Shown in pieces: positions 12,453 to 26,148 of a stretch of DNA of 64,000 nucleotides. The notes under the pieces were generated by a model that saw only the letters and a program-made list of their open reading frames with translations, made no database searches and was not told the origin of the DNA. This DNA comes from Antedon mediterranea (Eukaryota > Animalia > Echinodermata), in contig NC_092670.1 in the NCBI RefSeq assembly GCF_964355755.1, positions 25,592,795 through 25,656,794 on the forward strand, in the 5' to 3' direction. Both the position numbers and the translations under genes were made by a program. Position 1 is the first letter of the stretch; each line of letters opens with the position of its first letter.

Positions 12453-15400
12453 AGTGGCACATTTCTAGAAAGTCTGGACCTTTCTACGTCAATCCATACT
12501 ATTGTGAACCCGGCCCGAGGCGTCGGGGTGTGGTCATATTGCCACTTTAAAAGTGGTGCTATTAATACTTAGTAAAATAACACAAAAAATACGCATTTTA
12601 AATTGCTTTAAAATCCGTACTTGCCCGCACTGGGCCGGGGCAAGTGGCACATTTCTGGAAAGCCAGGACCATATGACGTCAATCTATACTATTGTGTACC
12701 CGGCCCGAGGCGTCGGGGTGTGGTCATATGGCCACTTTAAAAGTGGTGTTTACTAAATTAATGCTAAAAATACGCATTTTAAATTGCTTTAAAATCCGTA
12801 CTTGCCCGCACTGGGCCGGGGCAAGTGGCATATTTCTGGAATGCCAGGACCATACTACGTTAATCTATACTATTGTGTTCCCGGCCCGAGGCGTCGGGGT
12901 GTGGTCATATGGCCACTTTAAATGTGGTGCTATTAATTCTTAGTAAATTTAATGCTAAAAATACGCATTTGAAATTGCTTTTAAACACGTACTTGCCCGC
13001 ACTGGGCCGGGGCAAGTGGCACATTTCTGGAAAGCCAGGACCATACTAAGTCAATCTATACTATTGTGTACCCGGCCCGAGGCGTCGGGGTGTGGTCATA
13101 TGGCCACTTTAAAAGTGGTGTTTACTAAATTAATGCTAAAAATACGCATTTTAAATTGCTTTAAAATCCGTACTTGCTCGCACTGGGCCGGGGCAAGTGG
13201 CATATTTCTGGAATGCCAGGACCATACTACGTCAATCTATACTATTGTGTTCCCGGCCCGAGGCGTCGGGGTGTGGTCATATGGCCACTTTAAATGTGGT
13301 GCTATTAATTCTTAGTAAATTAATGCTAAAAATACGCATTTGAAATTGCTTTTAAACACTTACTTGCCCGCACTGGGCCGGGTGTCAAGTGGCATATTTC
13401 TGGAATGCCAGGACCATACTACGTCAATCTATACTATTGTGTTCCCGGCCCGAGGCGTCGGGGTGTGGTCATATGGCCACTTTAAATGTGGTGCTATTAA
13501 TTCTTAGTAAATTAATGCTAAAATTACGCATTTGAAATTGCTTTTAAACACGTACTTGCTCGCACTGGGCCGGGGCAAGTGGAACATTTATGGAATGCCA
13601 GGACCATTCTACATCAATCTATACTATTGTGAACCCGACCCGAGGCGTCGGGGTGTGGTCATATGGCCACTTTAAAAGTGGTGTTTACTAAATTAATGCT
13701 AAAAATACGCATTTTAAATTGCTTTAAAATCCGTACTTGCCCGCACTGGGCCGGGGCAAGTGGCACATTTCTGGAAAGCCAGGACCATACTACGTCAATC
13801 TATACTATTGTGTACCCGGCCCAAGGCGTCGGGGTGTGGTCATATGGCCACTTTAAATGTGGTGCTATTAATTCTTAGTAAATTAATGCTAAAAATACAC
13901 ATTTGAAATTGCTTTTAAACACGTACTTGCCCGCACTGGGCCGGGGCAAGTGGTACATTTCTGGAATGCCAGGACCATACTACGTCAATCTATACTATTG
14001 TGTACCCGACCTGAGGCGTTGGGGTGTGGTCGTATGGCCACTTTAAAAGTGGTGTTTACTAATTTAATGCTAAAAATACGCATTTTAAATTGCTTTAAAA
14101 CACGTACTTGCCCGCACTGGGCCGGAGCAAGTGGTACATTTCTTGAATGCCAGGACCATACTACGTCAATCTATACTATCCTGAACCCGACCCGAGGCGT
14201 CGGTGTGTGGTCATATTGCCACTTTAAAAGTGGTGCTTTTAATACTTAGTAAAATAACACTAAAAATACGCATTTTAAATTGCTTTAAAACCCGTACTTG
14301 CCCGCACTGGGCCGGGGCAAGTGGCACATTTCTGGAATGCCAGGACCATATTACGTCAATCTATATTATTGTGTACCCGGCCCGAGGCGTCGGGGTGTGG
14401 TCATATGGCCACTTTAAAAGTGGTGCTATTAATACTTAGTAAAATAAGACTAAAAATACACATTTTAAATTGCTTTAAAACACGTACTTGCCCGCACTGG
14501 GCCGGGGCAAGTGGCACATTTCTAGAAAGTCTGGACCTTTCTACGTCAATCCATACTATTGTGAACCCGGCCCGAGGCGTCGGGGTGTGGTCATATTGCA
14601 CTTTAAAAGTGGTGCTATTAATACTTAGTAAAATAACACTAAAAATACGCATTTTAAATTGCTTTAAAATCCGTACTTGCCCGCACTGGGCCGAGGCAAG
14701 TGGCACATTTCTGGAAAGCCAGGACCATACGACGTCAATCTATACTATTGTGTACCCGGCCCGAGGCGTCGGGGTGTGGTCATATGGCCACTTTAAAAGT
14801 GGTGCTATTAATACTTAGTAAAATAAGACTAAAAATACACATTTTAAATTGCTTTAAAACACGTACTTGCCCGCACTGGGCCGGGGCAAGTGGCACATTT
14901 CTAGAAAGTCTGGACCTTTCTACGTCAATCCATACTATTGTGAACCCGGCCCGAGGCGTCGGGGTGTGGTCATATTGCCACTTTAAAAGTAGTGCTATTA
15001 ATACTTAGTAAAATAACACTAAAAATACGCATTTTATATTGCTTTAAAATCCGTACTTGCCCGCACTGGGCCGGGCCAAGTGGCACATTTCTGGAAAGCC
15101 AGGACCATACGACGTCAATCTATACTATTGTGTACCCGGCCCGAGGCGTCGGGGTGTGGTCATATGGCCACTTTAAAAGTGGTGTTTACTAAATTAATGC
15201 TAAAAATACGCATTTTAAATTGCTTTAAAATCCGTACTTGCCCGCACTGGGCCGGGGCAAGTGGCATATTTCTGGAATGCCAGGACCATACTACGTCAAT
15301 CTATACTATTGTGTTCCCGGCCCGAGGCGTCGGGGTGTGGTCATATGGCCACTTTAAATGTGGTGCTATTAATTCTTAGTAAATTAATGCTAAAAATACG

Positions 15401-18400
15401 CATTTGAAATTGCTTTTAAACACGTACTTGCCCGCACTGGGCCGGGGCAAGTGGCACATTTCTGGAAAGCCAGGACCATACTACGTCAATCTATACTATT
15501 GTGTACCCGGCCCGAGGCGTCGGGGTGTGGTCATATGGCCACTTTAAAAGTGGTGTTTACTAAATTAATGCTAAAAATACGCATTTTAAATTCCTTTAAA
15601 ATCCGTACTTGCTCGCACTGGGCCGGGGCAAGTGGTACATTTCTTGAATGCCAGGACCATACTACGTCAATCTATACTATTGTGTACCCGACCTGAGGCG
15701 TTGGGGTGTGGTCATATGGCCACTTTAAAAGTGGTGTTTACTAAATTAATGCTAAAAATACGCATTTTAAATTGCTTTAAAACCCGTACTTGCCCGCACT
15801 GGGCCGGGGCAAGTGGCACATTTCTGGAATGCCAGGACCATACTACGTCAATCTATACTATTGTGTACCCGGCCCGAGGCGTCGGGGTGTGGTCATATTG
15901 CCACTTTAAAAGTGGTGCTATTAATACTTAGTAAAATAACACTAAAAATACGCATTTTAAATTGCTTTAAAACCCGTACTTGCCCGCACTGGGCCGGGGC
16001 AAGTGGCACATTTCTGGAATGCCAGGACCATACTACGTCAATCTATATTATTGTGTACCCGGCCCGAGGCGTCGGGGTGTGGTCATATGGCCACTTTAAA
16101 TGTGGTGCTATTAATATTTAGTAAAATAACACTAAAAATACGCATTTTAAATTGCTTTAAAACACGTACTTGCCCGCACTGGGCCGGGGCAAGTGGCACA
16201 TTTCTGAAATGTCCGGACCATTCTACGTCAATCCATACTATTGTGTACCCGGCCCGAGGCGTCGGGGTGTGGTCATATTGCCACTTTAAAATTGGTGCTA
16301 TTAATACTTAGTAAAATAACACTAAAAACACGCATTTTAAATTGCTTTAAAATCCGTACTTGCCCGCACTGGGCCGGGGCAAGTGGCACATTTCTGGAAA
16401 GCCAGGACCATACTACGTCAATCTATACTATTGTGTACCCGGCCCGAGGCGTCGGGGTGTGGTCATATGGCCACTTTAAAAGTCGTGTTTACTAAATTAA
16501 TGCTAAAAATACGCATTTTAAATTGCTTTAAAATCCGTACTTGCCCGCACTGGGCCGGGGCAAGTGGCACATTTCTGGAATGCCAGGACCATACTACGTC
16601 AATCTATACTATTGTGTTCCCGGCCCGAGGCGTCGGGGTGTGGTCATATGGCCACTTTAAATGTGGTGCTATTAATTCTTAGTAAATTAATGCTAAAAAT
16701 ACGCATTTGAAATTGCTTTTAAACACTTACTTGCCCGTACTGGGCCGGGGCAAGTGGCACATTTATGGAATGCCAGGACCATTCTACATCAATCTATACT
16801 ATTGTGAACCCGACCCGAGGCGTCGGGGTGTGGTCATATGGCCACTTTAAAAGTGGTGCTATTAATTCTTAGTAAATTTTTGCTAAAAATACGCATTTGA
16901 AATTGCTTTAAAACACGTACTTGCACGCACTGGGCCGGGGCAAGTGGCACATTTCTGGAAAGCCAGGACCATACTACGTCAATCTATACTATTGTGTACC
17001 CGGCCCGAGGCGTCGGGGTGTGGTCATATTGCCACTTTAAAAGTGGTGCTATTAATACTTAGTAAAATAACACTAAAAATACGCATTTTAAATTGCTTTA
17101 AAACCCGTACTTGCCCGCACTGGGCCGGGGCAAGTGGCACATTTCTGGAATGCCAGAACCATACTACGTCAATCTATATTATTGTGTACCCGGCCCGAGG
17201 CGTCGGGGTGTGGTCATATGGCCACTTTAAATGTGGTGCTATTAATATTTAGTAAAATAACACTAAAAATACGCATTTTAAATTGCTTTAAAACACGTAC
17301 TTGCCCGCACTGGGCCGGGGCAAGTGGCACATTTCTGAAATGTCCGGACCATTCTACGTCAATCCATACTATTGTGTACCCGGCCCGAGGCGTCGGGGTG
17401 TGGTCATATTGCCACTTTAAAATTGGTGCTATTAATACTTAGTAAAATAACACTAAAAACACGCATTTTAAATTGCTTTAAAATCCGCACTTGCCCGCAC
17501 TGGGCCGGGGCAAGTGGCACATTTCTGGAAAGCCAGGATCATACTACGTCAATCTATACTATTGTGTACCCGGCCCGAGGCGTCGGGGTATGGTCATATG
17601 GCCACTTTAAAAGTCGTGTTTACTAAATTAATGCTAAAAATACGCATTTTAAATTGCTTTAAAATCCGTACTTGCCCGCACTGGGCCGGGGCAAGTGGCA
17701 CATTTCTGAAATGTCCGGACCATTCTACGTCAATCCATACTATTGTGTACCCGGCCCGAGGCGTCGGGGTGTGGTCATATTGCCACTTTAAAATTGGTGC
17801 TATTAATACTTAGTAAAATAACACTAAAAACACGCATTTTAAATTGCTTTAAAATCCGTACTTGCCCGCACTGGGTCGGGGCAAGTGGCACATTTCTGGA
17901 AAGCCAGGACCATACTACGTCAATCTATACTATTGTGTACCCGGCCCGAGGCGTCGGGGTGTGGTCATATGGCCACTTTAAAAGTCGTGTTTACTAAATT
18001 AATGCTAAAAATACGCATTTTAAATTGCTTTAAAATCCGTACTTGCCCGCACTGGGCCGGGGCAAGTGGCATATTTCTGGAATGCCAGGACCATACTACG
18101 TTAATCTATACTATTGTGTTCCCGGCCCGAGGCGTCGGGGTTTGGTCATATGGCCACTTTAAATGTGGTGCTATTAATTCTTAGTAAATTAATGCTAAAA
18201 ATACGCATTTGAAATTGCTTTTAAACACGTACTTGCCCGCACTGGGCCGGGGCAAGTGGCACATTTCTGGAAAGCCAAGACCATACTAAGTCAATCTATA
18301 CTATTGTGTACCCGGCCCGAGGCGTCGGGGTGTGGTCATATGGCCACTTTAAAAGTGGTGTTTACTAAATTAATGCTAAAAATACGCATTTTAAATTGCT

Positions 18401-21400
18401 TTAAAATCCGTACTTGCTCGCACTGGGCCGGGGCAAGTGGCATATTTCTGGAATGCCAGGACCATACTACGTCAATCTATACTATTGTGTTCCCGGCCCG
18501 AGGCGTCGGGGTGTGGTCATATGGCCACTTTAAATGTGGTGCTATTAATTCTTAGTAAATAAATGCTAAAAATACGCATTTGAAATTGCTTTTAAACACT
18601 TACTTGCCCGTACTGGGCCGGGGCAAGTGGCACATTTATGGAATGCCAGGACCATTCTACATCAATCTATACTATTATGAACCCGACCCGAAGCGTCGGG
18701 GTGTGGTCATATGGCCACTTTAAAAGTGGTGCTATTAATTCTTAGTAAATTAATGCTAAAAATACACATTTGAAATTGCTTTTAAACACGTACTTGCCCG
18801 CACTGGGCCGGGGCAAGTGGTACATTTCTGGAATGCCAGGACCATACTACGTCAATCTATACTATTGTGTACCCGACCTGAGGCGTTGGGGTGTGGTCAT
18901 ATGGCCACTTTAAAAGTGGTGTTTACTAAATTAATTCTAAAAATACGCATTTTAAATTGCTTTAAAACCCGTACTTGCCCGCACTGGGCCGGGGCAAGTG
19001 GCACATTTCTGGAATGCCAGGACCATACTACGTCAATCTATATTATTGTGTACCCGGCCCGAGGCGTCGGGGTGTGGTCATATGGCCACTTTAAATGTGG
19101 TGCTATTAATATTTAGTAAAATAACACTAAAAATACGCATTTTAAATTGCTTTAAAACACGTACTTGCCTGCACTGGGCCGGGGCAAGTGGCACATTTCT
19201 GAAATGTCCGGACCATTCTACGTCAATCCATACTATTGTGTACCCGGCCCGAGGCGTCGGGGTGTGGTCATATTGCCACTTTAAAATTGGTGCTATTAAT
19301 ACTTAGTAAAATAACACTAAAAACACGCATTTTAAATTGCTTTAAAATCCGTACTTGCCCGCACTGGGCCGGGGCAAGTGGCACATTTCTGGAAAGCCAG
19401 GACCATACTACGTCAATCTATACTATTGTGTACCCGGCCCGAGGCGTCGGGGTGTGGTCATATGGCCACTTTAAAAGTGGTGTTTACTAAATTAATGCTA
19501 AAAATACGCATTTTAAATTGCTTTAAAATCCGTACTTGTCCGCACTGGGCCGGGGCAAGTGGCATATTTCTGGAATGCCAGGACCATACTACGTTAATCT
19601 ATACTATTGTGTTCCCGGCCCGAGGCGTCGGGGTGTGGTCATATGGCCACTTTAAATGTGGTGCTATTAATTCTTAGTAAATTAATGCTAAAAATACGCA
19701 TTTGAAATTGCTTTTAAACACGTACTTGCCCGCACTGGGCCGGGGCAAGTGGCACATTTATGGAATGCCAGGACCATTCTACATCAATCTATACTATTGT
19801 GAACCCGACCCGAGGCGTCGGGGTGTGGTCATATGGCCACTTAAAAAGTGGTGTTTACTAAATTAATGCTAAAAATACGCATTTTAAATTGCTTTAAAAT
19901 CCGTACTTGCCCGCACTGGGCCGGGGCAAGTGGCACATTTCTGGAATGCCAGGACCATTCTACGTCAATCTATACTATTGTGTTCCCGGCCCGAGGCGTT
20001 GGGGTGTGATCATATGGCCACTTTAAAAGTGGTGCTATTAATTCTTAGTAAATTAATGCTAAAAATACACATTTGAAATTGCTTTTAAACACGTACTTGC
20101 CCGCACTGGGCCGGGGCAAGTGGTACATTTCTGGAATGCCAGGACCATACTACGTCAATCTATACTATTGTGTACCCGACCTGAGGCGTTGGGGTGTGGT
20201 CATATGGCCACTTTGAAAGTGGTGTTTACTAAATTAATGCTAAAAATACGCATTTTAAATTGCTTTAAAACACGTACTTGCCCGCACTGGGCCGGGGCAA
20301 GTGGTACATTTCTTGAATGCCAGGACCATACTACGTCAATCTATACTATCGTGAACCCGACCCGAGGCGTCGGTGTGTGGTCATATTGCCACTTTAAAAG
20401 TGGTGCTTTTAATACTTAGTAAAATAACACTAAAAATACGCATTTTAAATTGCTTTAAAACCCATACTTGCCCGCACTGGGCCGGGGCAAGTGGCACATT
20501 TCTGGAATGCCAGGACCAAATTACGTCAATCTATATTATTGTGTACCCGGCCCGAGGCGTCGGGGTGTGGTCATATGGCCACTTTAAAAGTGGTGCTATT
20601 AATACTTAGTAAAATAAGACTAAAAATACACATTTTAAATTGCTTTAAAACACGTACTTGCCCGCACTGGGCCGGGGCAAGTGGCACATTTCTGGAATGT
20701 CCGGACCATTCTACGTCAATCCATACTATTGTGTACCCGGCCCGAGGCGTCGGGGTGTGGTCATATGGCCACTTTAAAAGTGGTGTTTACTAAATTAATG
20801 CTAAAAATACGCATTTTAAATTGCTTTAAAATCCGTACTTGCCCGCACTGGGCCGGGGCAAGTGGCATATTTCTGGAATTCCAGGACCATACTACGTTAA
20901 TCTATACTATTGTGTTCCCGGCCCGAGGCGTCGGGGTGTGGTCATATGGCCACTTTAAATGTGGTGCTATTAATTCTTAGTAAATTAATGCTAAAAATAC
21001 GCATTTGAAATTGCTTTTAAACACGTACTTGCCCGCACTGGGCCGGGGCAAGTGGCACATTTCTGGAAAGCCAGGACCATACTAAGTCAATCTATACTAT
21101 TGTGTACCCGGCCCGAGGCGTCGGGGTGTGGTCATATGGCCACTTTAAAAGTGGTGTTTACTAAATTAATGCTAAAAATACGCATTTGAAATTGCTTTTA
21201 AACACGTACTTGCCCGCACTGGGCCGGGGCAAGTGGCACATTTCTGGAAAGTCAGGACCACACTACGTCAATCTATACTATTGTGTACCCGGCCCGAGGC
21301 GTCGGGGTGTGGTCATATGGCCACTTTAAAAGTGGTGTTTACTAAATTAATTCTAAAAATACGCATTTTAAATTGCTTTAAAATCCGTACTTGCCCGCAC

Positions 21401-24400
21401 TGGGCCGGGGCAAGTGGCATATTTCTGGAATGCTAGGACCATACTACGTTAATCTATACTATTGTGTTCCCGGCCCGAGGCGTCGGGGTGTGGTCATATG
21501 GCCACTTTAAATGTGGTGCTATTAATATTTAGTAAAATAACACTAAAAATACGCATTTTAAATTGCTTTAAAACACGTACTTGCCTGCACTGGGCCGGGG
21601 CAAGTGGCACATTTCTGAAATGTCCGGACCATTCTACGTCAATCCATACTATTGTGTACCCGGCCCGAGGCGTCGGGGTGTGGTCATATTGCCACTTTAA
21701 AATTGGTGCTATTAATACTTAGTAAAATAACACTAAAAACACGCATTTTAAATTGCTTTAAAATCCGTACTTGCCCGCACTGGGCCGGGGCAAGTGGCAC
21801 ATTTCTGGAAAGCCAGGACCATACTACGTCAATCTATACTATTGTGTACCCGGCCCGAGGCGTCGGGGTGTGGTCATATGGCCACTTTAAAAGTGGTGTT
21901 TACTAAATTAATGCTAAAAATACGCATTTTAAATTGCTTTAAAATCCGTACTTGTCCGCACTGGGCCGGGGCAAGTGGCATATTTCTGGAATGCCAGGAC
22001 CATACTACGTTAATCTATACTATTGTGTTCCCGGCCCGAGGCGTCGGGGTGTGGTCATATGGCCACTTTAAATGTGGTGCTATTAATTCTTAGTAAATTA
22101 ATGCTAAAAATACGCATTTGAAATTGCTTTTAAACACGTACTTGCCCGCACTGGGCCGGGGCAAGTGGCACATTTATGGAATGCCAGGACCATTCTACAT
22201 CAATCTATACTATTGTGAACCCGACCCGAGGCGTCGGGGTGTGGTCATATGGCCACTTAAAAAGTGGTGTTTACTAAATTAATGCTAAAAATACGCATTT
22301 TAAATTGCTTTAAAATCCGTACTTGCCCGCACTGGGCCGGGGCAAGTGGCACATTTCTGGAATGCCAGGACCATTCTACGTCAATCTATACTATTGTGTT
22401 CCCGGCCCGAGGCGTTGGGGTGTGATCATATGGCCACTTTAAAAGTGGTGCTATTAATTCTTAGTAAATTAATGCTAAAAATACACATTTGAAATTGCTT
22501 TTAAACACGTACTTGCCCGCACTGGGCCGGGGCAAGTGGTACATTTCTGGAATGCCAGGACCATACTACGTCAATCTATACTATTGTGTACCCGACCTGA
22601 GGCGTTGGGGTGTGGTCATATGGCCACTTTGAAAGTGGTGTTTACTAAATTAATGCTAAAAATACGCATTTTAAATTGCTTTAAAACACGTACTTGCCCG
22701 CACTGGGCCGGGGCAAGTGGTACATTTCTTGAATGCCAGGACCATACTACGTCAATCTATACTATCGTGAACCCGACCCGAGGCGTCGGTGTGTGGTCAT
22801 ATTGCCACTTTAAAAGTGGTGCTTTTAATACTTAGTAAAATAACACTAAAAATACGCATTTTAAATTGCTTTAAAACCCATACTTGCCCGCACTGGGCCG
22901 GGGCAAGTGGCACATTTCTGGAATGCCAGGACCAAATTACGTCAATCTATATTATTGTGTACCCGGCCCGAGGCGTCGGGGTGTGGTCATATGGCCACTT
23001 TAAAAGTGGTGCTATTAATACTTAGTAAAATAAGACTAAAAATACACATTTTAAATTGCTTTAAAACACGTACTTGCCCGCACTGGGCCGGGGCAAGTGG
23101 CACATTTCTGGAATGTCCGGACCATTCTACGTCAATCCATACTATTGTGTACCCGGCCCGAGGCGTCGGGGTGTGGTCATATGGCCACTTTAAAAGTGGT
23201 GTTTACTAAATTAATGCTAAAAATACGCATTTTAAATTGCTTTAAAATCCGTACTTGCCCGCACTGGGCCGGGGCAAGTGGCATATTTCTGGAATGCCAG
23301 GACCATACTACGTTAATCTATACTATTGTGTTCCCGGCCCGAGGCGTCGGGGTGTGGTCATATGGCCACTTTAAATGTGGTGCTATTAATTCTTAGTAAA
23401 TTAATGCTAAAAATACGCATTTGAAATTGCTTTTAAACACGTACTTGCCCGCACTGGGCCGGGGCAAGTGGCACATTTCTGGAAAGCCAGGACCATACTA
23501 AGTCAATCTATACTATTGTGTACCCGGCCCGAGGCGTCGGGGTGTGGTCATATGGCCACTTTAAAAGTGGTGTTTACTAAATTAATGCTAAAAATACGCA
23601 TTTGAAATTGCTTTTAAACACGTACTTGCCCGCACTGGGCCGGGGCAAGTGGCACATTTCTGGAAAGTCAGGACCACACTACGTCAATCTATACTATTGT
23701 GTACCCGGCCCGAGGCGTCGGGGTGTGGTCATATGGCCACTTTAAAAGTGGTGTTTACTAAATTAATTCTAAAAATACGCATTTTAAATTGCTTTAAAAT
23801 CCGTACTTGCCCGCACTGGGCCGGGGCAAGTGGCATATTTCTGGAATGCTAGGACCATACTACGTCAATCTATACTATTGTGTTCCCGGCCCGAGGCGTC
23901 GGGGTGTGGTCATATGGCCACTTTAAATGTGGTGCTATTAATTCTTAGTAAATTAATGCTAAAAATACGCATTTGAAATTGCTTTTAAACATTTACTTGC
24001 CCGCACTGGGCCGGGGCAAGTGGCACATTTCTGGAAAGCCAGGACCATACTAAGTCAATCTATACTATTGTGTACCCGGCCCGAGGCGTCGGGGTGTGGT
24101 CATATTGCCACTTTAAAAGTGGTGCTATACTTAGTAAAATAACACTAAAAATACGCATTTTAAATTGCTTTAAAACCCGTACTTGCCCGCACTGGGCCGG
24201 GGCAAGTGGCACATTTCTCGAAAGTCAGGACCACACTACGTCAATCTATACTATTGTGTACCCGACGCGAGGCGTCGGTGTGTGGTCATATGGCCACTTT
24301 AAAAGTGGTGTTTACTAAATTAATGCTAAAAATACGCATTTTAAATTGCTTTAAAATCCGTACTTGCCCGATCATCTGGGTCGGGGCAAGTGGCACATTT

Positions 24401-24460
24401 CTGGAATTCCAGGACCATACTACGTCAATCTATACTATTGTGAACCCGGCCCGAGGCGTT
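12451..24460 (+). repeat. Long satellite arm, about 65 monomers of 181 or 190 bp with higher-order periods
   Basis: Equivalent positions at 15451, 15632, 15813 and 16003 give spacings of 181, 181 and 190. The two classes differ in one segment (GGTGTTTACTAAATTAATGC vs GGTGCTATTAATACTTAGTAAAATAACAC). Monomer count is estimated from span. Confidence 0.97.
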
Positions 24461-26148
24461 GGTATGGTCGTAATATCGGAACTAAAAAATGTAAATCTGT
24501 GATAAAATAGGTACATCTACACTAGGTCTACTTTGGTACGAATTTGGGCCAGCCGGTCGGCCGCGGCCTAGCGAACGTCGAATAAGGAACCAACTTCACG
24601 AATGAATGTCGAATAGGGAATAAGTAACAGCAGGAGATTGGTTGGTGGCGCACGGCATATTTACCGCTGGGAAATTATCATTTTCGAAATTTTGGCCTAG
24701 CCTAGCGAATGTCGAACGTCGAATAAGGAACCAACTTCCATTGACGAATGTCGAATAAGGAATAAGTAACCAACTTCACGGCGCTGTTGTATTTAGTATT
24801 GGAATGTCGGTTTTGTATGTTGTCGATTATAAACTTGCATGCCATTATTGAATATGAATGAATTTATATAAATTAAATAAAAAGGTTTAATTTTTTATTT
24901 TATATTATTATAATTAGTTATAGGCCTAGAGGCTAGGCCTACTTTCTACGAAAGTAGGCCTAGCTAGGCCATGGAGTAAAGAATTACTCCATGGCTAGGC
25001 CTAGATGTACTCATTAATACGTTAAATGTGTTTATAGTTTGTAAGTGAATACAACAATTGTTAATATTGATATTGTATAATTATCCTTTATTAATAAAAT
25101 GGCCACTCCGAGAGTGCATACCTCCGCCTACTGTAAAATACATAAGATTTAACCGGGAAAAAAATATATATGGGTGTTTCCATAAATAAAGGGGCCAAGG
25201 TGTGACATTAGGGTCAGAATTTCAAAGTGTGACATTCTAAGTCTAATAATCAATTCTAAATAGTATATCATGTACTTGAACTAAAAAAAAGAAGCAAAAT
25301 ACACATTAAATCTGTTGTCTCTATGTAACAGCATTTATATAGTATCAACATGCATAGCAAATTTCACGTGTAACGGAGACACCAAAATCACATTATCTAC
25401 CCCTCTTATAAGTTATTATTAATAACCTAAAACTGTTTAAATTGGATTTTTAAATAGCTTTTGGGAACATCTTCAATGCAGAAAAATATTATTTAAATCA
25501 CACCTTTTCAAATTTAAAAAATAGCTTATGAAATAATTATGCAAAGCCGTTAAAGTTGACTTAATTTCTATATAAAAGATTTGTAAAGTCACTGCTGTTT
25601 AAAAATTACATGTAAACAATACAGAAATGAACAGAATATACCTCAAGTATATACATTTACTAGCAACAAGTCAAATCAGGATCATACCTCCATGTGGAAA
25701 TAAAACAATATGGTTCATGAAATATAAATGGAAGATTTCACGTGTAACGGAGACACCAAATGTTCACTTTAACTCGTCACAATGTTTTATGAAATGGTTT
25801 TGATATGCAGCCATTTTTAAAGTGTAACAAATGTGGTTACTACTGCATACAATTGATAAACTGGTAAAAATAGTATATCAAATACTATCTTTTAATCAAT
25901 AAAACAATATAATTCATGCAATAAAAAATTGAAGTTTTCACGTGTAACAGAGACACCAAATAGTTCACTTAAATAAGTCAACAAGAACTACTACATTATT
26001 TTTAAAGTGTGACAACTGTAATTACTACTGCACACAACAAACTGCTAAAATATACTATTAATAGTCATTTACAGTAAAATCATTGAGAATACATTTGGAT
26101 ATACTGTACTTCGCATTAACACTCTTGTTCAATCATTAAAACGTATAA

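Larger units (their letters stand above)
10490..24785. mobile_element. 14.3-kb non-autonomous Foldback/Mutator-like DNA transposon whose interior is a satellite array
   Basis: Left end AGCGCCGTGAAGTTGGTTACTTATTCC (10490) is the reverse complement of the right end (...AACCAACTTCACGGCGCT, 24785). Near-identical inverted arms span 10490-10830 and 24453-24785. Direct repeat GTTGTATTT at 10481-10489 and 24786-24794 (9 bp, extendable to 11 bp). No transposase ORF. Confidence 0.9.

Noticed and set aside
12451-24460. CRISPR array, or tRNA/5S/snRNA gene cluster
   Set aside because: There are no unique spacers, the context is eukaryotic, and I see no tRNA cloverleaf with A/B boxes or 5S/U-snRNA similarity. 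An Rfam scan would be the formal test.
12451-24460. Hammerhead-ribozyme satellite like newt Sat2 or schistosome SMalpha
   Set aside because: No CTGAnGA core was found on either strand of the monomer.
11117-24502. Dozens of 65-165 aa ORFs (MAHFWKART..., RTCPHWAGASG...)
   Set aside because: They are translations of the satellite. Monomers of 181 and 190 bp are not multiples of three, frames shift every unit and no domain is recognisable.
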